Shown here: positions 1 through 11,691 of the stretch, one piece after another
How the letters are laid out: every line of letters begins with the position of its first letter
How positions within the stretch are numbered: position 1 is the stretch's first letter
NCBI GenBank assembly: GCA_000826855.1
Contig: JTLS01000048.1
Location: 1 to 37,765 of the forward strand
Reading direction: 5' to 3'
Length of the DNA stretch: 37,765 nucleotides
Source: Basidioascus undulatus
Lineage: Eukaryota
Made by a program: the position numbers and the translations under genes
The notes under the pieces: model-generated
The model's input: only the letters and a program-made list of their open reading frames with translations
What the model was told of the DNA's origin: nothing
The model's database searches: none

Positions 1-10
1 AACTCGCCAG

Positions 11-228
11 GTAACCTCGCAACCGAAGATGTCGTCTACGCGCTGCACGAGCTGGGCTATTCAACAGGCGTGGACCTCTCGTCCCTCGCGCGCACCGGCG
101 AGTGGATCTCGCGCGTGCTGGAGCGACCGAACGCCAGTCGCGCGGGGAGGGCGTGGTTGGCGAGGGCGGAGAGGATGGAGAGGCTGGAGAGGGAGAGGAG
201 GGGGGAGGGGAAGAAGGCGAAGCTGTGA
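11..228 (+). CDS. HMGCL: Hydroxymethylglutaryl-CoA lyase, last exon (5' part outside window), C-terminal PTS1
   Basis: Frame 1 reads GNLATEDVVYALHELGYSTGVDLSSLARTGEWISRVLERPNASRAGRAW...KKAKL* (TGA 226-228). GNxATEDxxYxL..G..TGVDL is the HMG-CoA lyase C-terminal signature. Probable acceptor CAG at 8-10. Missing from the ORF track because there is no start codon. Confidence 0.9.
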
Positions 229-889
229 GGGGCAGGTCCATGCATGCATCGAAGATGGCTGTTGCGCGATCAAAACGTTCAACCGAACGAAGCTGCGTCT
301 GCTTGGAGCATGAATTTGAGACGCGCCAATTGGCCAGCCGCAGCGAGGTGTCTCGCATGCCGCCTGGTCCCGGTAGTGCTGGGCAGAGCTTTCCATCCGC
401 GTATTGAATGCATCGTTCCAGCTCAGCTCTTGTCGGACCCGCCGAGAGAGTGGTCGTATTCGTGAGGGGATTCGATGCTTTGTGCCGATCTGAGCTGTAC
501 AAGAGACAGAATTCTAAAGGTCGGTCGTGAGTGTTGCTGTGATGCACGATTCAAGAAGCGATCCACCAGAAGCGCGATTGTTCCATCGGCGAAACCACTC
601 GGTCGAATGGCAGGAGGGTTGGGATTTTACGGGTGTTGGTGCGGTCATTTCACACGCTCTGTGTTTGAACGACATCTGTCACACAAACCATTGTCACGTC
701 GAAACATCGCAACTCCACAGTAAAGTAAAATGGCAGCAAGAAAAATAACAACAAGCGTCGGGAAGCAATCCTAGGAGGACGTCCGCCCACGCGAGCGGTG
801 TGGGCGGAGGGGTATCTGAAACTGGGACGAAGGGACTAACTGGCAAAGAGTGTCTGGTGGGAAAGAAGAATCGATGAGACCAAGCCTAT

Positions 890-906
890 AGAGAGAGAGA
901 GAGAGA
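890..906. repeat. (AG)n microsatellite, about 8 units
   Basis: agagagagagagagaga seen directly, just downstream of the stop of the minus-strand GPI protein gene. Confidence 0.8.
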
Positions 907-938
907 AGGGGATGGGATGGAAAGGTGAAGACGGGAGA

Positions 939-2246
939 TCACAACATCGCGGATGCTGCGAGGACGGCAAGGAGGGTGAGCGCGCCGGAGGCGACGAGCT
1001 TGGGGGCGTCGTCTGTGGGGGTCGGACACGTGTCATCAGCGGATTTTGCAACCAAAAAGGGAGCGAGGGGGGAAAGATAAGAAAAGCGAAGTGAGCGACT
1101 GACTGTAATAAGCCACCCCCGCGGGCGTGACGCTCGCCTGCTCCGCGACGTTGCTGGCCCAGGTGTCACCGCAGGTGGCCTTAGCGGCTTTCCAGAGGCT
1201 GCTCTGCCCGCCGAGGATAGGGGAGTTGCGGAGGCCGACCGTGTACGGCGTGAGGGCCTCGAACTCGATCCAGGCCGCAAAGACGTTCTTCGCGCATGCG
1301 CCGCAGAGCGTCGCGGCGTCCGCGTCGGGCTGGAGGAAGAGGAAGGGCAGATTCGTCTGCTTGAAGGTCGAGAAGGTCGAGTTGTCCGCGGAGGTGAAAG
1401 TGGAGGAGGAGGTGGAAGAGGAGTTGGAAGCGGAGGAGGTGGTGTTGGCCGAGAGCGCGAGGAGACAGTAGTCGCCGGAGGTGGTGTCCTTCGAGCAAAT
1501 GGCGGCCTTGAGCGGGTTGAGCACGTAGAGCACGTCGTACATGTAGAGGAGCGCCTCGTTGTCGGCGGAGGACAGCTCCGACAAGCACGCGTTCGAGAAG
1601 TCATTCAGCTTGGCGCGCACGAGGCTGTCGCTGCACCCGTTGCGCGCGGCGCACACCTCCGCCAGCGCGCTCTCGACGTCCGCGTCCGCGGAGGCGTTCG
1701 CGGAGCTGAAGGCGGAGGTGGCCGTCAGGAGCGGGGCGGTGCACGAGGCCAGGTCCGTGTCGCTGTTGAGCGTGTCGATGAACTTGGAGCACGCGTCCGA
1801 CACGCTCACGGTTGCGGACACGAGGACGGGGGACGCGGACGACGTGGACGTCGCGCTGAGCGCGGACGAGGCCGAGGAGGTCGCCGTCTCGGTGGAAGCG
1901 GAGGAGGAAGGCTGCAGGAGAGGCGGGGGATAGGGCGTCAGTGAACGTGAAGTCAGGGGGTGGAAAGGGGCGTGGCTGGCTCGTCTCGGCCCGTTATGAG
2001 CGTGCTCTTCTCTGCTATCCTCCTCGTGCTCCACCATCCGCCATTCACTCTGAATGCGAATCCTTCTCCCTCCGTGCCCGGCCCTGCGCCCCCCAGGACC
2101 ACCACCTCCGCCGGCCCGGCGCCCGACCCTCACAGCCCATAGCTCCAACTGCTCACCTCAGCCGCGGAAGACGAGGACGAGTCCTGCGCGTGCACGGTCG
2201 CAGCGAGGAGGAGCGAGAGCGTCGCGGACGCTGAGAGAAGCCTCAT
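939..2246 (-). CDS. Secreted, probably GPI-anchored Ser/Thr-rich, Cys-containing cell-surface protein (3 exons)
   Basis: ATG 2246 gives signal peptide MRLLSASATLSLLLAATVHA-QD. Intron 2156-1912 (GTGAGC...CTGCAG). The main exon has a Ser/Thr tract and a Cys-rich domain (ACSKF..ASC..EVC..GC..AC..AICSKD..DYC..LCGAC..TCG). A second intron near 1103-1013 leads to the hydrophobic tail NDAPKLVASGALTLLAVLAASAML*, typical of a GPI signal. Confidence 0.8.
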
Positions 2247-5200
2247 TGTTGAGGTTGATTGATCGGGTCGGGTCGGGGTAGGGGTGGGTCGGTCGGAAAG
2301 CGAGTGTGATGTGTTCCGGTGTCAAAGAGCGTAGGGTGCCGCTGGCGGGTGGGGTTGTCGGAGTCGGGGGCGGGCGGGGAGCGGCGTGGAGAATGAAGAC
2401 GGGGAGAAGAGACGGGCGACGACGAGGAGACAAGGAGAGGGGCAAGCGAGCAGACAGTTGGAGACACAAGGCTCCAGGCGGCGAGGCCGATCAAAGGGCA
2501 TTGAATACAGTAGGCTGCAAAGCTTGAATGAAATCTGTTCTCCAGGCACGGTGGCTAGGAACACTGCCCTTCGCCGAACTGGTCCTGCTGCGCATGTTCC
2601 TAGTCGCACAGTATGCATTGCCTGCAGGCGCACATTCGTATTGTGCTCACAGAGTAAGCGGTTGGGAGTGAGGCCGGCAAAATAATAATGCCAGTCCGCA
2701 AAATTGGAGGCGGGGCGTTGACCGGCGGACGCGTTTCAAGCTTGGCAGCCGGCGCTCGCCCTGTGGCAGGACACGTCTTCACTTTTTTCTCACTCGCTGG
2801 TAGCAGTTCGGCTCACCTTGGAATCGCCCCGGGACTTCCAAACACTGTACTTGGGGGCTTAATTAAACTGAAGATACGTTATTTCATTGGACGGCGGTGG
2901 TGCGGGAGGAGGGACTACGAGTGCGATCCACGGCTAGGGCTTCACGACTACATGGGCCGTGCAGGCGTATGGCGGAGCTGGCAAAAAATAAGCTCACCAT
3001 GGGTCAGAGACGACTTTCAGCAGGAACATCTTGAGACATAGAATTAAAAAATAAAAATAAAACACAAGCACTAGGCCGCTGTGAACCCAGGGTGCCTGAC
3101 GAGTTACGCCTGCAGCGCTGTGACGACAAACCATGTTTGCGCACACCTGCAGTCTTTGCTTGCTACACATCGAACCGGTTCATAGTAGGTCATTAAGGAA
3201 ATAATCATATCCAGCCCGACCCACCTCGTCCACGCTAGCTCCCTGCACCCTTCAGCTTGGTTGTGCTGCCCCGCTGCCTTTCAGCTTTCGACATTTCCCT
3301 GCTTCCCACGCACGGCTGCAGTCGGTTATCGCTCCCTTGGAAGCAATGCCGGGAATAGAAAATATTACCTCCTAGTAACTACCTTTCAAAAGGTGGGTGG
3401 GATGTGCAGGGGCCGAGTATGCTGCCATGCCGACAATGTTTTCGAGTAAAGCCACAACGCCCGTGGTCGAACGGGGGTGTACTAAAGGCTTGCTGTTGTT
3501 ATACCAGAGATAGTGTTTCTGCCTTTAGTAGCGGCAGCTTGATCTCAGCGCTTCTTCGAGGTTCAGATCCTCGTTCCACACTCGGCCTCACTTTCGCCAG
3601 GCTCCGTTCGATGCCTCTTTGCTGTACGCGACAGACGAGGCTTACACTGGGAACTCACTTGCCTTCAAAGTTCTGACAATAATGTGAGGGAGTGTATTCA
3701 AAGCATTCAGGAAAGGATCTATAGGGATCACATGTATTTGACAGTGGAACGAAACCAAAGTGAGAAAGGCCTGGGCACAGGGGGCAGCCAGGTTGCCCCT
3801 TTGGCTGACCCCATCGACAAATACCTACAGCTGTCTCAAAGGCTCCCCTGGTCTCTGAGGCAGACCGTTCCTGATAATCCAGCACTGTGCAGCCAATGTC
3901 GAGTATTTAAGAAACCCCTGTACCTTTCCTCCGTTTCCGCCTGTAACGTCTCATACCAGTGCCGCACGGTCTACCACTCTGGCTCCCGAGACTGGCGGCG
4001 ATGTGGTGCTCGAGCCATCGGACACGTTCGATCCGGAGATCTACGTGTTCGGCAGGGGTTCTCACTCACCCGACAATAAAGTCTTTGTTCTATTAAGTCC
4101 GTCTCGCTCCCTCCCCTCCCCGTTATCCGGACCTGCGACGTGTGCGCTTCCTGCTGAAATAGACGACCGGCTGGACCTCTGCAGATTTCTTCGGCATACC
4201 GGAGGGGGGCCTTCAGGTCTTTGTACAACTGAGCGCCTTTAACCGCGTTTTATTGGCCTAGAGAAGGACCTGGTCGTCTTGTACTACTGTGGCGGTGAGT
4301 CGTGTAGCCTTTGGTGAGGACTGAAGGCGATCACTGACGTCCTGCGCACAACACTGTAGGCCCGAGTGGCGTTTATGTGAGCCCTTGCTGTATCCCTCCT
4401 CGTTCCCGGTGTTGCATGTCTGGCTCACCTCTTCTCGCCATCCCGAGCAGGCCGTGTAGTGCTCTTTGGTCCCCTCAGGCCCCCTGCCGTTATTTTGGCT
4501 CTGTCCTTCGTCTCTGTTCGTTTGTGAAATGGACTTGTTATGAATAATTGTTTGAGATTGAGAACTCTTGGAATCAAGGTTTGTTTGCCCTGTCAATATG
4601 GGTCATGGACTGGAAAGCACGGGTTCTCGTCTACGCCCGCAGTCTGGGCTCAGTCCATCAATGCAGGCTGTCCTCCACTCAAAATGAAGGATTTTCTGTA
4701 CTTGTATATCGACGTAGTGGAAATTCATCTGACGCTGCCTTAAAGCTCCAACGTTTCTGCGAGTGGCATAGCGGCAGCCGTGAGCATGCAGTGGGCGGCG
4801 TCCACGCGTCCAGCTCTCCTTCCATCAAACTGTTCGAGCTCCGTTTCTTCCTTTCCTTGCTTCACCTTCTCTCATGCGTTTGGCTTCCAGTATGTACGTT
4901 GTAATGTGAGACGCATATTGGAATCTTGCCCCTAGCGCACGGCTCGATTTACTCTGCAGCGCTCAGCGTAGCGGACAGCTGTCTTGTAGCTACGCAGGCG
5001 AGCATTACCAATCTTATCCCGTGCTGGTTGCACAATCTCTGAATTGTGTAGGAGATGCCATGCGTATGGCTCATCAATTTGTCAGAGCGCCCAACTACTG
5101 CAGTTCCTTCGCAGTTGTACAGGCTGCGCGTTTGTTTGCACGTGATTGCGAGTGCGAGTGAAGCTCGAAGTCAAGTCGAAAGCTCCGTCGCGGTGTTGCC

Positions 5201-5425
5201 GCAAGCGCCCAAACGCAAGAAGTCCGTCCATTTTGGTAGCGGAGCGGGTCCGAAGCCGGAATGTGAGAGTCAGGAGTCAGGAGAGCACACAGTCAGGCGG
5301 AGGAGGTCTCGCTTCGTAGCATCGGATCCCTCCCTCCTTCCTTCCCTCCCGGTCACACGGCTTGGCTCTCGACCACCACCATCCCTACCACCTGCGCCGC
5401 CAGTTCAGGATATACGGTAGCCGCC

Positions 5426-8112
5426 ATGGAAGCTCTTCCAGACCGAGTTCTCGACGGTATTATCGTCTCATGGCCTAGAGAATCGCACCCTCCCGCTAAC
5501 GCATGCAGTCGCACCGTTTCACTTCCCCACCCAGAAATCGTGCAAACCACGCTCTCCCTCAACGCGTCCACGACGCTCCCGCTTCTCCTAGTCTCCCGGC
5601 GACTCTCAGACTCTACCAAGCGCGTTTGCTTCTCGCGTCTCGTCCTGCAGGACATTAAGCCCCTCGCGCTCGACAGCAAAGCCGCTGCGACGCTCGCGCG
5701 ATGCCCCACGCTCGTGCGGACGCTCGAGGTCGGGTCGCCGCCGCCCGCAGCGGAAGCTGGAGAGGAACGGGAGGTCCCGGGGGGCCTGAGGGAGGAGGAC
5801 CTGGAGGGCGTGTTGGAGCGATGCAAGGAGATTGAGGAGGTTGTGTGGAAGGCGGGCGGGGCGCTGCCGGAGGAGTTGTGCGAGGTGCGTTTCATTTCCC
5901 GTTGCCTTCATGTCCAGCAGCATCCCAAAACCTCCAAGCGTTGACCTTCCCTTTCCCACCCAGCTGCTCGCCGCCTATCTCCCCAACCTCACGCACCTAT
6001 CCCTCCGCCCGCTCCCGCACTCGTCCACCCACCGCTTCAGCGCCCTGCACCTGTCCCTCCTCGCCCCGCAACTCACCCACCTCTCCCTGCGCGGCCTCTC
6101 GCAAGACGGAGCGCGCGCACTAGCACGGTCCCTCCCGCTCATGCGCGACCTCCTCAACATCGACGTGGAGACTATCTTCTTCGATGACTCCCTATGCCGG
6201 GACGGGATCTGCGCGGCGCGGAAGTTGCGGGAGGTGGTCGTTGAAACGCGGGGGACTAAGCTCACGGATGTGAGTTCTAGGTATACTTTATCTATGGCCG
6301 GTAGATGGGCTGACACGCTCGTGGGTCATCGATGCAGCGCGGCATGTGGGTTGGCTGCCCTTCAAGCTATGCGGCTGTGGGGGCTTGACATGGGCGGAAT
6401 CACAGTCTTGCTCTCTTGGACCTGCCTGAGCTCGCTGCGCTGACGCTCAACGAGGTTGAGGGTGAGCATCGGCTCGTTCACAGTCTCTTCGAAGCGCGGC
6501 TTCTTTTGAAAGGTCGCCCGTAGGCCGCCTCTCCAAGTACCTCTGGACGAAAGTCGAGGACTTTTTCCCGGACACGCTCAAGTCCATCACCATCATCTCC
6601 GGCGAAACGTCCGGACACCACTCGTACGCTCTCCCCCACTCGTCCCTTCCCACCCCGTCAGCCAACCATGCCTTCCCTGACCCTCGCTCCCCCCCAATCC
6701 AGCTGGGTTCTCGACCACCTCCCCTCTCTCTTCGAGTCTCCTCTCCTCACCTCGCACTCACTCAAAACGCTGCGCGTCACGCGCGCCGTCCCCAAGATCG
6801 CGCTCGCCGCGTTCGCAGCGCCGGGCAGCTTCGTCCCCCCCGTCGACGACATGGCGGCCCCACGACTGCTGCCGGAGGGCGCGCTGGAAGGCTTGCTTCA
6901 GAGTGTGAGGAACGGGCTTGAGGTGCTTGAGCTGGATTGGTGGCTGCTCGGCGTGGAGGACCTCAAGGCTGTCAGTCTCGGCTGGCCCTCCCCTTACCTG
7001 GTCGCTCACGACTCTTGCGGTTGTTCTAGATCGCCCAAGTCGGCAAGAACATCCGCGTCCTGTCCATTTTCCTGGACGCGCCTTTCGCCAAGCTGGTTCG
7101 TCTCCTCTGCTTCCCCCCCTACTGCCCTTTTCCTTGACTGCCTTTCCCAATGCCTACCCCCGCTCAACCACCACTCCCCGCCCAGCTGTCCCTCACTTCC
7201 ACCTTTCTGCACTTCACGTCCCTCCAAGTCCTCCGCATCTCCATCCCGCCAGAACATCTTCCCCTCCCACCGGCCGACATCTCGCCCACGGTGCGCCACG
7301 CAGTCCTCCCGCCCACGCCGCCATGCGCGTCGCCCGTCCTCGGTTCCCTCTCGCCAGCCAAGGAGGACGGGGCCTCGCTCGGATCGGACGGAGGTGCCGG
7401 CGCGGGCTCGCCGAGCGCTGTGTTTGCCGTTAGCCTGTTTGGGTCCAGCCATACAGCTGCGTCGTGGCAGGCGACGCTGCCAGTGCGCTTCGTTCCTTTC
7501 TCTTGATTTTCTCTGAAGTCTTCTTAGCTTACTCGGTAACTGTAAACAGCCGATGCGGGAGATCAAGAAATTCGTAAAGAGTGCGTTTAACCAGTCTCAT
7601 CGCAACGCAGTCCGCCAGACTCAGCCACTTTCCTTGCGTCCACAGAGACCCCCCGCCTCGCGGAGCTCACTTGGGGCGGACGCGGCGGGCGGGGCACATG
7701 GTGGATCACGCACGGCTCATCATCGAGCGCGCGCTCAGTCACCTCTTCAAACGTCGTAATCGACTTCGAGCCCGTCCTCCTCACCTCCTCCCCCGCCGAC
7801 CCAGCCTTCTCGCCCGTGACGCCCCCGCTCTCGTACCGCTCCCGCTCCGACTCATCGAGTACCGACTTCTCCTCGCCGTCGGCGTCGGGCCCGGGCAACC
7901 GCCGCAGGTCCAGCACGGGGACGAGCATCAGCTCCGCGGGCGTCGCGCCCCTCGAGGAGCTCCCCGAGATGTCCGTGCTCAACCTCGATCTTGGGAGCCC
8001 CTCGCCTGCTGGACGAGGGGGCCGCCGGCGCGCGGGTTCGGCGGGCGATGCGCTGGGGTCGAAGGCGAGACGCTCGGGTGGGGGAGCGAGGAAGGCATCG
8101 CTGCCGAAGTGA
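5426..8112 (+). CDS. Uncharacterised multi-exon protein with F-box-like N-terminus, RNI/LRR-like repeats and a disordered Ser-rich C-terminus
   Basis: MEALPDRVLDGII...LLVSRRLSDSTKRVCFSRLVL resembles an F-box start. LRR-like units LPNLTHLSL, APQLTHLSLRGL, LKTLRVT, LEVLELDWW, TSLQVLRISIP. GT-AG introns, e.g. 5885-5964 and 6269-6455. Ends ...RKASLPK* at 8112. Some exon boundaries are approximate. Confidence 0.7.
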
Positions 8113-9357
8113 ACGTGGCTACTGCGACCATCTGGACCCTCCTTCGCTTGACTCATTCTACAGATGGGACTGTAACGCTTCGTAGATACCCGTAGGTATA
8201 CCGGCTTCTATTTTTCTTGTCACACACCGCTTTTACTGTTCGCACGTCGCAGTTTCGCATTTCGTAGTCCCCCTTTCACGCGTTCGCACACGCACTCGTA
8301 CGCGCAGCTCTGACCGTTCGCCCGCTCGCTCGCAATCAGCAGAAGTTATACATAGCTTGACTAGTATATCTGTGATACTAGCATTCCCAAGAATGTCAAT
8401 GAAGTTCTCGTCAACTTGAGTTGGCGCTCGCTGATGTGTCGCTGCTGCATGCCACAACAACCAAGATGCATTCTCCAAAACGAAAACAATGCCTACTGAA
8501 GACTATTCCCACCCGCAGCTCGTCGTGCAGCTCAACTCGGCGCTCGACAGCTTACTCCCACCGCCTAGCCCACACTGCCATGGGGTGTGAGAGTTCCGCA
8601 GAGTCACTCTGAAGCAGAATCATGCGGTCTAACTTTACCCCTCCCTTCTATTGAATACTTCTGTCCAGTTAATACTGCAATGAAATGGTACAGCTGAGTG
8701 CGCGAAGGCTGCATGGACATTCACTGAACCAGTCAGCTGCTCGCCCGTTCACTTCCACAAAAGGTCCATGTGACGTTGGACCTGCTGCTCGGATATGTCT
8801 GGAGTTATAAATTTGACTTCGATTGGCTGCTTTCCCAGATTTGGCCGCGTCGGATGGCTCACCCGCCTGGGCATGCCACAGGAAGCAAACAAGAGTGTCT
8901 CCTGGCCCCCCTTACTTCTTTCGAGGCTGATCGGGAATACTACGGTCAAGATAGCAACATACTTCCACGAAGACAAACAGTCGATGATCTGTATCGACAA
9001 GGAGGAAGCGCTCGGAAAGGTTGCTAGTCCGAGGGACGTAGTTGTACTCGGAACCCCGAGCGTCTCGCGGCGCGATTCGCTTCACCCAGATGAGCGTGTT
9101 CACCGTGAGGTGGACACGAGATCGGCCTGGTAGTGGAGGAAATTTATCTCATGCTCTTCTCGAGCGCCTCCACCGAAATTTTTCCACAATGCTGTGTTGC
9201 CTTTGGTTGCCTGCTGATCTTTGGGCGGAACTCCGCGGCTACCCCCATATGTGCCGCGTTGCCGCCGGCACGCATCAATATGTCGGCATCTCGTCTTCTC
9301 GCTCCCCGTTCGTGCTCCTCCTCATCCTCCATCTCATCCATCTCTTGTCTTTTGGTC

Positions 9358-11008
9358 ATGGCGGCTCCTCAGAAGCGAGCATACCCTTTCTGGTGAGCTA
9401 CGGCTCTTTGCCTCCTTGCTGCATAGTAGTGGCTAAATGAGTCTTGGATGCAGGCTCGGCGGTATGTCCTTCGCGCAGACACGTCGGATTGAGGAAAGCT
9501 GATAATGATACACCCCAATCCTCGCAGGCGCCGCCGCGTCCATGGCCGCTACGGTCACCCATCCGCTTGACCTTACCAAGGTCAGGATGCAGACCAACAA
9601 GTCTGCGCGGCCAAACATGCTCCGGACTATGGTCGAGACGGTGAAGACGGACGGTGCGCGTCTTCTTTCCTGTCCTTGGGTGCATGGTCCCCTCGACTCG
9701 GACCTGTTAGACTGATGGGCGGGGTGATGTTGGCGGGTCGTAATAGGTGTGCGCGGGCTGTATGTGGGCTTGTCAGCGTCCATATTCCGACAGTCCGTCT
9801 CCCGGCTCCCTGTTGCGACGCCCATTGCGCAGACTAACCAAGTCAGCTGGACCGCAGAATGACCTACTCTGTCACTCGATTCGGGGGATACGAGTACCTG
9901 AAGGGCCTCGCTGCCACTCCTGGTCGTGCGTTCATCATCGTGGCCTTCGAGAACGCCCGATGTGCTCATCGCGCGACCACAGAACCCCTCACTGCAACTC
10001 AAATGATTCTCTGCGCGTCGGGCGCTGGTGCTTTGGGTGGTCTGGCGGGGAACCCGGCAGGTTCTTCAACTCACCCATTCCTAATGATCCGTAATCCCCT
10101 TTCCGGGGTGTCCGCGTGCTCACTTTGTGCTCAACCTCAGACATCATCCTCGTGCGCATGACTTCCGACGCCGTGCGACCGCCCTCCGAACGGCTGGGGT
10201 ACCGGAACGCGTTGGACGGTCTGGTGAAGATGGTCCGCGACGAGGGTGTGGGCTCGCTGTTCCGCGGGCTGGGCCCGAACACGGTGCGCTGGGTCATTCC
10301 ACGAGAGGGGAAAAAAAAAGGCAAACCTTGCTGATACTGTGCGGGTCTGCGACAGGTCCGTGCGGTTCTCATGAACGCGTCTCAATTGGCGTCGTACGAC
10401 TGGTTCAAGGCCGCGCTGCTCAGGAGCAATGTCTTCGACGAAGGCCTTCCCCTCCACTTCTCGGCCTCCTTCCTCGCCGGCACGCTCGCGACTAGTGCGT
10501 TGGTGCCTGCCGTCTCCATTATCCCGTTCACTTCTAATACTGACCCATGCTGTGCAATCTGCAGCCGTCTGCTCCCCTGCGGACGTCATCAAGTCCCGCG
10601 TCATGGCCGAGTCGAAGAAGGGCGGAGTGCGTTCCATTCACACTCATCTGTCACACTCCGAAACTGACCATGTTTCCTACTGTTCTGCAGAATATTCTCA
10701 CCATGCTCCGGACATCCCTCGCTTCGGAGGGCCCGGGTTTCCTCTTCCGCGGCTGGACACCTGCATGGTATGTCGAGTCGGCCTCCATCCAAAGGAAGCG
10801 GCAGTTACTCACGCACGTACCACCGGTTACAGGATCCGTCTCTGCCCCAACTCCAGTGCGCTCTTCAACATTCATGCCTTGGCCTTCCCCATCGCTGCGC
10901 TTGCTGACGCTCTTCACCCCCCTCCATTGCGCAGTCCTCCTCTTCGTCTTCCTCGAGCAGCTGCGCGCAGGCATCGACACTCTCCGTGGGACGAACAAGC
11001 TCGTCTAA
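9358..11008 (+). CDS. DIC1: Mitochondrial dicarboxylate carrier (SLC25 family)
   Basis: Spliced: MAAPQKRAYPFWLGGAAASMAATVTHPLDLTKVRMQ...GLSASIFRQMTYSVTRFGGYE...GNPADIILVRM...YRNALDGL...RAVLMNASQLASYDWFK...CSPADVIKSRVM...GWTPAWIRLCP. Three PxDxxKxR-type carrier motifs plus the YPFWxGG N-terminus typical of Dic1. Confidence 0.93.
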
Positions 11009-11691
11009 ACCCATTACCCTCCCGTCTTTCCCGCTGTTCTCCCTTTCCTCCTCGCGTTCCGCTCCGCCCTCCTTTTCTCCGCGCCGCCCTCCGACTCTCC
11101 TCCCCCGCGTGCAACGCAGTTCTTTCTTCTCGCCATGGACCCTTTCGGCACAATTGTTCCCATCTCGCAACATAGACAAAGCCGCGGCGGACGTTCCTCG
11201 ACGGAAAAGGAGGTTCCCTCTCGCGCATCATACCCTACTACCTCTACACGCAATTTTGCGGCCTGTATACTACTCTGTCGCCCGGAGGAACTGCACGATA
11301 TGCGGCTGCGGTCTAATCATGTTGCACACGTGTGCATGGCCGAACTTTCCTAACGCAATGCAACGCATCCTGTAAGACGTACATTGCAAGGCGGCCGTGC
11401 TTTGATGCGGGGTCAGAAAGAACATGGTCTTCCAGCGGCTTGCCCGTTGGTGCTCATGAGCGCAGCGCCCCAACGATCGCCAGCATACACTGCACTGCAA
11501 GGATAACGCAGCAAGGGTCAGGTCAATTATTGGTCGATTTGCATTCAAAAGAGTGTACTACAACGCAACATTGAGAGGGAAAAAGTCCTTGAAAAGAATC
11601 TTGGAGTGTCTGCAAATGTCAAAAAAGAAAACGCAACGGGTACAGTGCAAGTCCGTCCGTTCACAACACCCCGCATCGGCTGGACCCCGCC

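Noticed and set aside
2820..2870. RNase MRP-like motifs (gaatcgcccc ... gggggctta)
   Set aside because: The motifs are imperfect and far too close together to form the MRP core.
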